From assembly GCA_965261005.1 (NCBI GenBank), contig OZ253375.1, positions 1,376,001 to 1,440,000 of the forward strand: DNA of 64,000 bases. The letters run 5' to 3'. A program made the position numbers and the translations under genes. The notes under the pieces were generated by a model. It worked only from the letters and a program-made list of their open reading frames with translations. It ran no database searches and was not told the origin of the DNA. This document shows, one piece after another, positions 1 to 9,626 of this stretch; position 1 is the first letter of the stretch; every line of letters begins with the position of its first letter. The stretch is from Deinococcus sp. (lineage in GTDB: Bacteria; Deinococcota; Deinococci; Deinococcales; Deinococcaceae).

Positions 1-569
1 GGTAAACGTTCCAATGCCATTTTTTTGAGAGCATCCGGTAAGCCCGTATAATGACTGTCCAAAGCTCGCAAATTTTGTTGAACAGCGTTCCAGAATGTAT
101 ATTGTTTCTCAAACTCTTTGACAATTTGAACAAAATTATCAAAATTCACGGTCGGACTGTTTGCGCCTATAACACCGGCAAGACGGGGTATGAGAGCCAC
201 AAGTTCTTTAGGGGCTGTAGCTGTCGCCCCTTGCAACATATTCAACGGAATTGGCAAACGGTTCGGCGTTAATCCGCTGTGACAAAGGGGAACAACAGGG
301 ATTCCTCGAACCCAACCCGCCCCAGCTTCAAAGTTAATCCAGGGGCGTGTGATGCTTGTAGGACTGCACAGCACAAACTCAATCACACATGTTTTCAGAG
401 CTTCACTGATTTTATCGAGCCAATGATCCCCCGTGCGAATGCTGCCCTGGTCAGAGGAAACAAAGACCTCGAATAGGCCGAGAAAGGCGTCTTGGATAAC
501 GTCTCTGAAAGCAAGCGCGATAGAACTTTCCTCTGTGATGTGAGAAATAAAGACGAGGGGCCTTGGCAT
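1..569 (-). CDS. TIR-domain protein (TIR_2-like), 3' end runs off the window
   Basis: Manual translation from ATG 569: MPRPLVFISHITEESSIA...EVFVSSDQGSIRTGDHWLDKISEALKTC..LCSPTSITRPWINFEAGAGW..IPVVPL. Shows TIR box-1 FISH and WxxxE motif; frame stays open to the window edge; absent from ORF track; AT-richer than flanks. Confidence 0.88.
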   Translation of the reverse strand, partial: MPRPLVFISHITEESSIALAFRDVIQDAFLGLFEVFVSSDQGSIRTGDHWLDKISEALKTCVIEFVLCSPTSITRPWINFEAGAGWVRGIPVVPLCHSGLTPNRLPIPLNMLQGATATAPKELVALIPRLAGVIGANSPTVNFDNFVQIVKEFEKQYTFWNAVQQNLRALDSHYTGLPDALKKMALERL

Positions 570-594
570 ATCGCCAGAATAATACCTGGGGCTG

Positions 595-1866
595 CTGACG
601 GCCTGACAGATTTTATGAGGGTGAGCGAAAAACGAGCTTCCAGCCGACTTCGAGCGTGGTCAGTGGGGTAGGACGAGGGCGCTTTCGAGTCCCCAGCGGT
701 TCAGGGTCAGGGCCACCCTGGAGGATCAGGCGGGTGAACACCGCCTGACCCCGGCTGAGGGCGTACTGAACGGCCCGTAGACCGATTTTGAGATAGCTCA
801 ATCCCCGCTGCCAGTGGGGATCAACCACTCGGCGAGCGCCGCTGTGTACGGTCTGAAGTCCCTCCGAGACGAGCAGAAGCGTAGCGACCGAGATGACCAA
901 GACCAGCCGCTCCAGGCTGGCCACATCGCGAAGTTTGGCATCTTCCAGATCGAAGAGGCCGCTTTTCTCGTCCAGAAACCCCTCTTCGATCTGGAAGCGT
1001 GCGCCGTACTCGGTAAACGTCTTCACGCTCGTCGGTTCGTCACTCACCACCTGCCACTGCTCTAGGCCGTCTGTCGGACGGCCCAGAGCGACGTGAACGG
1101 AACCGAAGTGCTGTCCAGTCAAGGTGATGTTGTGAAAGCAACGGGTCTCTCTGGGCGAAAGTCGCACCTCACCCACCTTGCACAACCGCTGTCCATCTGG
1201 AGCAGCCAGAATCAAGCTCGATTTGATGCGGATGCGGTAATGCCAGCCGCAGACTCGGAGCCACGCCATCAGTTCCGTATCGCAGAACCCTCGATCGGCC
1301 AGCAGGCGAACTTGATGTAGGCCAAGGAAGTCGAGCATCCCCTTGACTTCGGCCAGCACGGGGAGCAGGTGGGCGGTGCTGACCTGGGCGCTGGAATGTT
1401 CAAGGACACGCGAGACCAGCGGAACTGCTCGTCCCCGAAAGAGCACCGAGACGCGGATCAGGCAAAACTTCTCGAACAGGACGCTGGTATCCAGGGCCAG
1501 GATCAGGGGATGTCTGCCCCAGTCGCGGAGGGCACGGGTGATCAGCGGACCGTAAACACTGGTGGGATCAACGGCTGGATTCTCCAGCCACCGACGAACT
1601 CGGCGTTCGCTGCTTTGCGCGAAGGTGGCACGAGAGTGGATGTGAGGGAGCCAAGCGGGGATAGAGCTGCGCTGGGAGAGCAGCAGGCCGCTGACCATCC
1701 AAGCGAGGGTACGCGCATTGCGGATGTCGTTCCAGAGAGCAGTCTGGAGCTGAGCGAGAACAGCTTGATAGAGTCGGGCAGCGTCCCCGCTGGCATTTTC
1801 GGTCTTCACAAACAGAAAGTGTCCCACAGCGGGGACGCTTTCTCATACTTTCTGTCAGGCCCTCAG
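595..1866 (-). mobile_element. IS4-family insertion sequence, 1272 bp, complete
   Basis: 25-bp imperfect terminal IRs (CTGACGGCCTGACAGATTTTATGAG vs CTGAGGGCCTGACAGAAAGTATGAG) and perfect 10-bp target duplication CCTGGGGCTG at 585-594 and 1867-1876. Confidence 0.93.
613..1827 (-). CDS. DDE transposase (IS4 family)
   Basis: LALDTS, LLADRGF and [16 protein letters not shown] (Y-x2-R-x3-E-x6-K signature) motifs; lies between the IRs; start codon uncertain. Confidence 0.92.
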   Translation of the reverse strand: MGHFLFVKTENASGDAARLYQAVLAQLQTALWNDIRNARTLAWMVSGLLLSQRSSIPAWLPHIHSRATFAQSSERRVRRWLENPAVDPTSVYGPLITRALRDWGRHPLILALDTSVLFEKFCLIRVSVLFRGRAVPLVSRVLEHSSAQVSTAHLLPVLAEVKGMLDFLGLHQVRLLADRGFCDTELMAWLRVCGWHYRIRIKSSLILAAPDGQRLCKVGEVRLSPRETRCFHNITLTGQHFGSVHVALGRPTDGLEQWQVVSDEPTSVKTFTEYGARFQIEEGFLDEKSGLFDLEDAKLRDVASLERLVLVISVATLLLVSEGLQTVHSGARRVVDPHWQRGLSYLKIGLRAVQYALSRGQAVFTRLILQGGPDPEPLGTRKRPRPTPLTTLEVGWKLVFRSPS

Positions 1867-1879
1867 CCTGGGGCTGTCT

Positions 1880-2632
1880 TCAGTGTCCCAGAATCTGGCT
1901 CAGAAACAGCTTGCTGCGCTCGTGCTGGGGGTTCTTGTAGAACTGCTCGGGGGTCGCCTCCTCCACGATCTGACCTTGGTCGAAGAAGATGACGCGGTCG
2001 GCCACCTCGCGGGCGAAGCCCATCTCGTGGGTCACGACCAGCATGGTCATGCCGCTGCGGGCCAGCTCCTTCATCACGTCCAGCACCTCCTTGATCATCT
2101 CGGGGTCGAGGGCGCTGGTCGGCTCGTCGAAGAGCATCACCTTGGGCTGCATGGCGAGGGCGCGGGCGATGGCGACCCGCTGCTGCTGCCCGCCCGACAG
2201 CTGCGCCGGGTACTTGCCGGCCTGCTCGGGAATGCCCACCCGCTCCAGGAGTTCGCGGGCGACCTGGGCGGCCTTGGCTTTATCCCACCTGCGCACGCGA
2301 ATGGGCGCCAGGGTGATGTTCTGCTCTACCGTCAAATGTGGAAACAGGTTGAAGCTCTGAAACACCATCCCCACCTCGCGCCGAATCCGGTCGAGGTTGC
2401 TGCCCTCTTTCAGCTCCATGCCGTCCACGATGATCTCGCCCTTGTTGTGCGGCTCCAGGCGGTTCAGGGTGCGGATAAAGGTGCTCTTGCCGCTGCCCGA
2501 GGGACCGATGATGACCACGACCTCGCCTTGCCGCACGCTGGTCGTGATCCCCTTGAGGGCGTGAAAGTCGCCGAAGTACTTGTGAACGTCCTTGGCGATG
2601 ATGATGTCGTTTTGGGCTGAGTTAGGGGTCAT
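1880..2632 (-). CDS. polar amino acid ABC transporter ATP-binding protein (GlnQ-like)
   Basis: [33 protein letters not shown]. Confidence 0.95.
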   Translation of the reverse strand: MTPNSAQNDIIIAKDVHKYFGDFHALKGITTSVRQGEVVVIIGPSGSGKSTFIRTLNRLEPHNKGEIIVDGMELKEGSNLDRIRREVGMVFQSFNLFPHLTVEQNITLAPIRVRRWDKAKAAQVARELLERVGIPEQAGKYPAQLSGGQQQRVAIARALAMQPKVMLFDEPTSALDPEMIKEVLDVMKELARSGMTMLVVTHEMGFAREVADRVIFFDQGQIVEEATPEQFYKNPQHERSKLFLSQILGH

Positions 2633-2650
2633 GAGGCTCCTCGAAGCTCT

Positions 2651-2692
2651 GCTCCCCTCCCCCCTCAAGGGGGAGGGGCCGGGGGTGGGGGG
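2651..2692. repeat. REP-like palindromic repeat (family A)
   Basis: [24 protein letters not shown] followed by CCGGGGGTGGGG; intergenic; recurs in window. Confidence 0.8.
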
Positions 2693-2701
2693 TCTCCCCC
2701 G

Positions 2702-3907
2702 CTAGCGCGCTGCCTCCAGCCTACCCGCCACCCGCGACAAGGCAAAGGCGAACACGAAGTACAGCAGCGCCACCGTCAGGTAAATCTCGAAGGTGGCGGT
2801 CACCTCGCGGTTGGCGACGATGCGGCCGGCGCCGAACAGCTCGGTGAAGCTCACGATGCTGGTCAGGCTGGTGTCCTTGAACAAGCTGATGAACTGCCCG
2901 ACCAGGGGCGGCACCATGTTGCGCACCGCCTGCGGCAGCACGACCAGGGTCATGGCCTGGGTCCCGCTGAGGCCCAGCGAGCGGGCGGCCTCACTCTGAC
3001 CGCGCGGCAAGGCGTTCAGGCCCGCGCGCACGATCTCGGCGACGTAGGCCCCGGTGAAGAGCGAGAGCGCCAGAATGACCGCCCAGAATTGCGTCCCGTC
3101 GCCCAACACGTAGGGCACGAAGATGTAAAACCAAAAGATCACCGCGATAAAGGGAATGCCCCGGAACAGCTCGACGTACACACCGCTGACCCACCGTACA
3201 AAGGGCAGGGCCGAGCTGCGCCCGACGCCGAACAGGATACCCACCGGCAGCGACAGCGTGATGCCAAGGAGGGCCAGAATCAGGCTGAGGGCCAGGCCGC
3301 CGACCTGCACCTCCGGCGTGACGGTGGGATACAGCAGGATGGCGCCCGCCAAGCCGCCCAGCGTGAGGGGGAGCCACGAGAGGCGCACTTTCACCCGCGA
3401 CATCCCGTAGGTCAGCAGCGCCCCGCCCGCGATCAGGGCGAAGCCCCACAGCCGCCAGCGCTCCCCCGCGAAGCTGTCCGAACGAAAGCGCCCGATCAAA
3501 AAGAACAGGAAGTTCTTGCGCACCGTCCCCCAGTTGGGCAACGTGACGGCCCAGCGCAGAAAGAGGGCCGCGATCAGGGCGGCGGCCAGCGCGGCGACGA
3601 TCACGCCCCAGCGGCGGTAGACCCGCCCCGCCTCGGCCGGGTCGGCGTGGCCGCGCCGCCTGCGCTCGCCCGCGAGAGCGGTCAGGCCCGCGCCCACGTG
3701 CAGCGAGAGCAGCGTCAGGGCGGCCAGCAGCTTGGCCTCCAGCCCACCGCCCAGGGCGCTCAGGCACAGCGGCCACAACAGAGCGGCGGCCAGCAGGTAC
3801 TGAAGGCCGAGCGCGACCTGGCCGCCGAGCAATTGCCCCAGACCCGGCACGAGAAACGAAACCAGCGGGGCGGGGCTGGTGGGTTCTGGGTTCGCGGCGA
3901 CGCTCAC
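2702..3907 (-). CDS. amino acid ABC transporter permease with N-terminal membrane extension
   Basis: ELFRGIP, AYVAEIVRAG..LPRGQSEAA, FKDTSL; GTG start overlaps upstream TGA (GTGA). Confidence 0.9.
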   Translation of the reverse strand: MSVAANPEPTSPAPLVSFLVPGLGQLLGGQVALGLQYLLAAALLWPLCLSALGGGLEAKLLAALTLLSLHVGAGLTALAGERRRRGHADPAEAGRVYRRWGVIVAALAAALIAALFLRWAVTLPNWGTVRKNFLFFLIGRFRSDSFAGERWRLWGFALIAGGALLTYGMSRVKVRLSWLPLTLGGLAGAILLYPTVTPEVQVGGLALSLILALLGITLSLPVGILFGVGRSSALPFVRWVSGVYVELFRGIPFIAVIFWFYIFVPYVLGDGTQFWAVILALSLFTGAYVAEIVRAGLNALPRGQSEAARSLGLSGTQAMTLVVLPQAVRNMVPPLVGQFISLFKDTSLTSIVSFTELFGAGRIVANREVTATFEIYLTVALLYFVFAFALSRVAGRLEAAR

Positions 3908-4719
3908 CGCGTCCCCGGCAGCGCGAAGCGGCGGTTCAGCAGATTCAGGCCGAGGGCGATCAGCAGGCTCAGCGCCAAGTACGCGACCGTGATGGCCGTG
4001 ATGCTCTCGAAGCCGCGAAAGGTGTAGCTCTGCACCTGGGTCCCGTAGTAAAACAGCTCGGCCACCCCGATCTGCGAGGCCAGGGACGAGTTCTTGGTCA
4101 GGTTGAGGAACTGGTTCCCAAGCGGCGGCGTCACGACGCGCAGCGCCTGCGGCAGCACCACCAAGCCGAGCACCTGACTTCCCGACAGTCCCAGCGAGCC
4201 GGCCGCCTCGAACTGCCCGCGCGGAACGCTCTGAATGCCGGCCCGGATGGTCTCGGCGATGTAGGAACTGGTGTAGATGGAAAGGGCCGCGATCACCGCG
4301 ATCTGCTCGGGGCCGTGGTCCAGCACGACGTTCTTGAGGGGCTGGGGCAGCACGTTGATGACGCCGAAGTTCCAGAAGAAAATCTGCACCAGGAGGGGCG
4401 TGTTGCGGAAGAACTCGACGTAGGCGAGCGCCGCCGAGCTGATCACCGGGTTCCGCGACAAGCGCGCCACCCCCACCGTCAGGCCGAGAATCAGCGCCAG
4501 CACGATGCTGATCAGCGAGAGGCGCACCGTCAGCCACATCCCGATCAGGATGGTGGTCAGGTAGGTGCCACCCGTCAGCTGCGACGGCCGCGCGAAGATG
4601 CCCCAATCGAGGTTGACGTTGTTGCGCGCGAAGCCGCCGCGCACCTGAAGCACGACAAAGCCGAGGGCCAGCACGAGGAGGGCGCCGGCCAAAATTTGCG
4701 AGGTGACGCTTCTGTTCAC
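3904..4719 (-). CDS. amino acid ABC transporter permease
   Basis: EFFRNTPLLVQ, EAA loop, TKNSSL. Confidence 0.93.
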   Translation of the reverse strand: MNRSVTSQILAGALLVLALGFVVLQVRGGFARNNVNLDWGIFARPSQLTGGTYLTTILIGMWLTVRLSLISIVLALILGLTVGVARLSRNPVISSAALAYVEFFRNTPLLVQIFFWNFGVINVLPQPLKNVVLDHGPEQIAVIAALSIYTSSYIAETIRAGIQSVPRGQFEAAGSLGLSGSQVLGLVVLPQALRVVTPPLGNQFLNLTKNSSLASQIGVAELFYYGTQVQSYTFRGFESITAITVAYLALSLLIALGLNLLNRRFALPGTR

Positions 4720-4743
4720 AATCAGCCCCTTAACAGCAGTTCA

Positions 4744-4770
4744 CCCCTCCCCCCTTGCGGGGGAGGGGGG
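4744..4770. repeat. REP-like palindromic repeat (family A, short)
   Basis: CCCCTCCCCC CTTGC GGGGGAGGGG hairpin between binding-protein and permease genes. Confidence 0.7.
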
Positions 4771-5607
4771 TCAGCGCCGGACCGGAAAGCTCGGCGGAAT
4801 CTGCTGGCTGCGCTTGGGGTCGGGCAGGGCGTACTTGGTGCCCTTGCCGAAGTACTTGGCAAAGGTCTTGCGGTAGCTGCCGTCGTCGTTCATGCGCGTC
4901 AGCGACTCGTTGACGAAGTTGCGCCACTTGGAGTCGTTCTGCTTCATGATCATGCCGTACGGCTCGTTCGAGAAGAAGTCGCCCACGATTTTGTACTTGC
5001 TGGGGTCGGGGGCGCTGGCCCGCAAACCCAGCAGAATGGTGCTGTCGGTGGAGACGGCGTCCACGCGGCCCTGCTGAAGCGCCGTAAAGGCGTCGGTGTA
5101 CTGCTGAAGGCTGACAACGTTGGCCTTGGGGGCGGCGTCCTTGAGGTTCTTCTCGGAGGTGCTGCCCTGCGCCGTGCCCACCCGCTTGCCGGCCAGGTCG
5201 CGCACGCTCTTGATAGGGCTGCCTTCCGGCACCAGCAGACGCTGGCCGTCCAGGAAGTAGGTGTTGGAGAAGTCCACCACGTCCATGCGCCCGTAGGTGG
5301 CGGTGGCGGTCGCCGCCGCGAGGTCAATGGTACCGTTCTGCACGAACTCGATGCGGTTCTTGGAGGTGACCTGCTTGAGGTTGACCTTGACGGGCTTTTT
5401 GCAGGTCGCCGTCAAGTCCTTGCCGATTTCGCGCACGAGGTCCACGTCGAAGCCCTGCACGTCGCCGTTCGCGTCCACAAAGCCGAAAGGGGGCGAGTCA
5501 TACTTCACGCCGGCCGTGAAAGTGCCCTTCGCGCAGACGTCGTCGAGAATCGAGGCGGCCGAGGCCGCGCCACAAAGGGTCAGGGTGAGGAGGGCAAGGG
5601 GTCGCAT
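4771..5607 (-). CDS. amino acid (Glu/Asp/Gln-type) ABC transporter substrate-binding protein
   Basis: Signal peptide, GVKYDSPPFG, GFDVDL, VDFS, GRVDAVSTD; AAGGAG RBS before ATG 5607. Confidence 0.92.
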   Translation of the reverse strand: MRPLALLTLTLCGAASAASILDDVCAKGTFTAGVKYDSPPFGFVDANGDVQGFDVDLVREIGKDLTATCKKPVKVNLKQVTSKNRIEFVQNGTIDLAAATATATYGRMDVVDFSNTYFLDGQRLLVPEGSPIKSVRDLAGKRVGTAQGSTSEKNLKDAAPKANVVSLQQYTDAFTALQQGRVDAVSTDSTILLGLRASAPDPSKYKIVGDFFSNEPYGMIMKQNDSKWRNFVNESLTRMNDDGSYRKTFAKYFGKGTKYALPDPKRSQQIPPSFPVRR

Positions 5608-6051
5608 GAATTCTCCTTTTTCAAGCTCCAAATCGTCCAAGCTTTAAGTCAAGGATCAGTCTTTGAAGGCGGGCTATGGCGGAACAAATTATGAGAACCA
5701 CCGTGAAAAATTGTTCCGGGGCAGTTTAGCGGTTCTTGAGAGTTCTGTCCACGCTTTGGCCGGAGGGCGAAGAGTGGAATAGCCTAAATAAGTTAAAGAT
5801 GGGTTTAAGGCAAATCCATATTTCAACTTTTTATAACAAGCGTGCAGTCAGAAAGGCGAAGGCTGGTGGCCTGATGAGAAAATGTTAAAGCAAAGTTTCA
5901 GCAGCGAGATAAGGGGCGGCCCTCTTCCAGCCAACCAATTTTCGCTTTCGGCCTGGGCACCTTGGCGCAGAACTCGCCGGCCACCCGGTAGATTGCAAGC
6001 TAACGCTTCAATTCAACTCCGGTTCAAGAGTCCGGTCCAAGAGGAGGAGAG

Positions 6052-6603
6052 ATGACCCAGTTCAAGCTGCTCGGCCTTTCCGGCATGTTGGCCCTTATGG
6101 CGTGTGCGCCCGCCGCTACCAACACGGCGCAGCCCGTCGCCACGAGTACGCCGAGCAACATTGACTCCACGGCGCCGGTCGTCGCCCTGACCCCGGCCGG
6201 GCCAACGGGCGCGACCTTGCCGTCCGGCACCTATCAAGTCAGCGAGCAGCCGGGCGCGCCCGCCGGCGTCACGCCCACCGGCACGGTCAAGATCACCCAG
6301 GGAGGAAACGGGAACACCAGAACCGACGTGGACCTGCGCGGCCTGCGGCCCAACACCTATTACGTGGCGTACTACCACACGCAGGGCAACACGTCGTCCG
6401 CCCCGTGCGCCTCGGACGGCACGGCGCTGATCGCCTCCAAAATCGTGGGTCAGACGGACGCGGAGGGCGCCTTGGGCATGGGCGGCTCGGTGTCCTCGGA
6501 CGTGATCGCGCAGGCCACCTCCTTTAACATTCACACCGCCACGGGTCCGGATGGCACGCCCGCCGACGCTGGAGTCGCCTGCACGTCCCTGAGCAGCAAG
6601 TAG
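6052..6603 (+). CDS. lipoprotein with degenerate Cu/Zn superoxide dismutase-like fold
   Basis: Lipobox LMAC; GLRPNTYYVAYYH, C, SFNIH and GVAC echo the SodC motif order but only two His remain; GGAGG RBS. Confidence 0.6.
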   Translation: MTQFKLLGLSGMLALMACAPAATNTAQPVATSTPSNIDSTAPVVALTPAGPTGATLPSGTYQVSEQPGAPAGVTPTGTVKITQGGNGNTRTDVDLRGLRPNTYYVAYYHTQGNTSSAPCASDGTALIASKIVGQTDAEGALGMGGSVSSDVIAQATSFNIHTATGPDGTPADAGVACTSLSSK

Positions 6604-6708
6604 GCCCGAAGCGCGCAGGCGGGTCCGGAAAAGTGTGTGAAGCCCGGTAACTCCACCTTGAGGCGTTTCGCAACCAGTCGCCCGACCGCAGGAGAGCGTT
6701 GAGGTGTT

Positions 6709-7656
6709 ATGGAAAGTAGTAAGGGGAAACGCTCCGGCGGATCTAGGACCAAGCGCGCCCCGCGCTGGGCAACCCTCGCCCTGGGCCTGAGCGTTTTGAG
6801 CGCCTGCGCCAGCGGCCCGGCCAACTATGTCGGCGTGTCGGGCGGTCTGCGCGTTCACGCCGGCGCGTTGCGGCCACCGACCGGCTACGCCGACGTGGTG
6901 AATCCCCGGCCAGCCGACAACGCGACCCTGCTGGAGGGCCGTCAGGTGTTCGCCGCGACCTGCGCCGCCTGCCACGGCCCCGAGCTGCGGGGGCGCGGCC
7001 TCTCGGGCGTGAACATCGTGCCCCACCCGGCGGACCTGCGCGCGCCCAGAATTCGGAACCTGACCGACGGCGAGCTGTACGGCTACATCGCCGAGGGCGT
7101 GCCCGGCGTCGGGATGCCCGCTTGGAAGCTGCTGCTGACGCCGGGCCAGATGCAGGCGGTCGAGCGCTACATCCGCAGCCAGAGCTTGGTCGTGCCGCCG
7201 GACGCGCGCACCAACCCGCTGCCGGGCACGCCGCAAGAGATCGTGCTCGGCCGCCAGCAGTTCACGCAGGTCTGCGCCTCGTGCCACGGGTCCAACGCGC
7301 ACGGCCTCGGTTCCGCCGGTCGCAGCCTTCAGCCCCGGCCCGCCGACCTCACGGCCCCCGAGGTGCAGCGCTACTCCGATGGCCAATTGATCTGGATTCT
7401 GGAGCGCGGCATCGTCGGCACCCCCATGCGCGGCTGGATCGACCAAAAGGTGATCAACGAGCGGCAGGCGTGGGCCATCGTCCGCTACCTGCGCTACCTG
7501 GCGCGCATTGAGGCCGAGCCGCTCACCTTTGTGCCCTTCAAGGACACCTTTTACGCCCAGTACCCGGTCTTCCCGTCGGTGAGCAACACCGACGCCGAGA
7601 AGATTCCCGAACTGCCGAACAGCGAGTCGGCGACCAAAGAGCCGGGCAAGAAATAA
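6709..7656 (+). CDS. diheme c-type cytochrome lipoprotein
   Basis: CAACH and CASCH each followed by PADL..DG and a Met (MPAW, MRGW); lipobox LSAC. Confidence 0.9.
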   Translation: MESSKGKRSGGSRTKRAPRWATLALGLSVLSACASGPANYVGVSGGLRVHAGALRPPTGYADVVNPRPADNATLLEGRQVFAATCAACHGPELRGRGLSGVNIVPHPADLRAPRIRNLTDGELYGYIAEGVPGVGMPAWKLLLTPGQMQAVERYIRSQSLVVPPDARTNPLPGTPQEIVLGRQQFTQVCASCHGSNAHGLGSAGRSLQPRPADLTAPEVQRYSDGQLIWILERGIVGTPMRGWIDQKVINERQAWAIVRYLRYLARIEAEPLTFVPFKDTFYAQYPVFPSVSNTDAEKIPELPNSESATKEPGKK

Positions 7657-7686
7657 CCTCGTGCAGCGCTTCAGAAGGGACGGCCC

Positions 7687-7881
7687 GTGACCCAGACAAA
7701 GGACAGCTCGCGTGATGAGTCCGCCCCGCAGGCCCACACGCCGGAGGAGTTGCAGCGCCAGCTCAGCGACCGGCCGGAGCCGCTGCCCGTGTGGCTGGCC
7801 TGGGCGCTGCTCGCCCTCTTGGTGCTGGGCGCGGCGTGGGCCATGTACGCCTACGTCGTCAACGATTACGTGTTCGAGTAG
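7687..7881 (+). CDS. small single-TM protein of the oxidase cluster
   Basis: PLPVWL followed by a hydrophobic helix; co-oriented in cluster. Confidence 0.65.
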   Translation: MTQTKDSSRDESAPQAHTPEELQRQLSDRPEPLPVWLAWALLALLVLGAAWAMYAYVVNDYVFE

Positions 7882-7929
7882 CGGCCACTCAACCTTACCC
7901 CCTACTCTTTTCGTTCAAAGGAGCCAGCC

Positions 7930-9441
7930 ATGACCACCCAGGCCGTCCACGCCAACCGGCGCGCCTCACCGGCCACGCAGAGCTGGTTTTTCCCGATCAA
8001 GCCGGGCAGCGCCGCTTACCGGATGTTCGTGACCGGCTCGGTGTGGATGGTGATCGGCATGATCTACGGCCTGCTGATGGCGATCTACCTGGCCCACCCG
8101 CAGTTGTGGGCCGACGTGCCGCTGTGGCTTCAGCGCGTGCTGGTCTGGTCCAAGATGCGCGAGCTGCACGTGCAGTTGGTGCTGTGGTACTGGCTCTCGA
8201 TGAGCGCGGTGGCCGGCATGTACTTTATGGTGCCGAGGCTGACCCGCAGCCCGCTGTGGAGCGAGCGGCTGGGGCACCTCAGCGTCTGGCTGTGGAATCT
8301 GGGCGGGCTGACCACCTGGGTTTCGCTTTCCCTGGGCATGAGCCGGGGCCGCGAGTATGGCGAGACCATCTTCCCGGTGGACATCCTGATGGGCAGCGCG
8401 CTTTTGTGCGCCACCGTGAACATCGTGGCCACGGTCGCTTACCGCCGCGAGCGCCCGATCTACGTCGCCTTGTGGTATTGGCTGAGCGCCGTCATCGCCC
8501 TGCCCATCGTGCTCATCATCGGCAAGGGGCTGTGGCTCAACCCGCTGCGCAACCCCTACAGCGGCATCTACGACAACGTGGTCAACTGGTTTTTCGGCCA
8601 CAACATCCTGGGGATGTGGTACACGCCCGTCGGCATCGGCCTCGCCTACGTGCTGATTCCGCGCATTACCAAGCGCCCCATCTACAGCCACTGGCTCTCG
8701 CTGCTGGGCTTTTGGAGCCTGATCTTCGTGTATCCGCCGGTGGGCGGCCACCACAGCATCACCAGCGCGCTGCCGTACTGGCTTCAGACCGAGGCCATCG
8801 TGTTCTCGATCTTTCTGTTCATTCCGGTGTTCGCCACCGTTTGGAACCTCTACAAGTCCATTCAGCCCAACACCCAGATGCTGGCCCAAGACCCGATTCT
8901 CGCCTTTGTCACCATGGGCGTCACCTGCTACCTGATCACCTCGGTGCAAGGCTCGATCATGGCCCTCAGAACGCTCAACGTCTACGAGCACTTTTCGCAG
9001 TTCGTGGTGGGCCACGCCATGCTGGCGATGGGCGCGGGTTGGAGCGCCGTCACCATTGGCGCGGGCTATTACCTGGTGGCGCGGGTGGTGGGCCACCCGA
9101 TCTACTCCAAGGCGCTGGCGTGGTGGCACTTCGCGCTGTTCGCCACCGGCTGGATCATCCTGCTGCTGTTCATTCAGACGGCCGGCTTGGTGCAGGCGTC
9201 GGCGTGGCGGGTGGGCGGCCAGGACTGGATGGACTCGACCGTGTGGCCGACCCAGCCGCTGATGTGGCCGGTCGCCTTTGGGGGCCTGCTGATCATCACG
9301 TCGGAGATCATCTTTATCTATAACCTGATTCGCACCGTGTACGACAAAGGGTGGGTGCCAAAACACGCGCCCGCAGCCGCTCCAGATGCAACCCGGCGCG
9401 ACCCCCAACCCACCCCAGCGCTCGCGCCGGGCACCGACTAG
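7930..9441 (+). CDS. ccoN: cbb3-type (C-family) heme-copper oxidase subunit I-like, variant with H-A-M in helix X
   Basis: MRELH, GREYGE, NWFFGHN, PIYSHWLSLLGFW, YPPVGGHH, EHFSQFVVGHAM; about 12 hydrophobic segments. Confidence 0.9.
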   Translation: MTTQAVHANRRASPATQSWFFPIKPGSAAYRMFVTGSVWMVIGMIYGLLMAIYLAHPQLWADVPLWLQRVLVWSKMRELHVQLVLWYWLSMSAVAGMYFMVPRLTRSPLWSERLGHLSVWLWNLGGLTTWVSLSLGMSRGREYGETIFPVDILMGSALLCATVNIVATVAYRRERPIYVALWYWLSAVIALPIVLIIGKGLWLNPLRNPYSGIYDNVVNWFFGHNILGMWYTPVGIGLAYVLIPRITKRPIYSHWLSLLGFWSLIFVYPPVGGHHSITSALPYWLQTEAIVFSIFLFIPVFATVWNLYKSIQPNTQMLAQDPILAFVTMGVTCYLITSVQGSIMALRTLNVYEHFSQFVVGHAMLAMGAGWSAVTIGAGYYLVARVVGHPIYSKALAWWHFALFATGWIILLLFIQTAGLVQASAWRVGGQDWMDSTVWPTQPLMWPVAFGGLLIITSEIIFIYNLIRTVYDKGWVPKHAPAAAPDATRRDPQPTPALAPGTD

Positions 9442-9613
9442 AGCATTTGTCAATTCTATTGCGCGCCTCCGGCTTCGCGTCTTGGGCAAAACGGCACCTA
9501 CCGGGCCTGCCCGCCTGCGCCGCTCCATGCCATTGACAAATGCCCTCCCCTTGCTACTCGTTCCACTCGGGAAGTATTGAGAAGGGCGCTCAATACTTCT
9601 GACAAATGCTCTA
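9439..9613. mobile_element. MITE-like element (family B), 175 bp, inserted in the TA of the ccoN stop codon
   Basis: Perfect 14-bp terminal IR TAGAGCATTTGTCA...TGACAAATGCTCTA (including flanking TA); internal 11-bp stem 9571-9599; homologous copy at 23379-23517. Confidence 0.85.
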
Positions 9614-9626
9614 AAGGAGCGTGCTC

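Noticed and set aside
51..476. Two short plus-strand ORFs in the AT-rich left end
   Set aside because: Antisense to the TIR gene
3908..4606. Apparent 634-aa permease fusion
   Set aside because: The N-terminal part is an alternative frame of the upstream permease; the real start is the coupled GTG at 3907
5640..6050. FNR/Rex-type oxygen or redox operator upstream of the oxidase cluster
   Set aside because: AT-rich with weak palindromes only; no convincing TTGAT-N4-ATCAA or TTGTGAA-N4-TTCACAA
7930..9441. Nitric oxide reductase NorB or pseudogene
   Set aside because: Lacks the HLWVEG motif, keeps the C-family GHN and helix-VII Tyr, and the frame is intact
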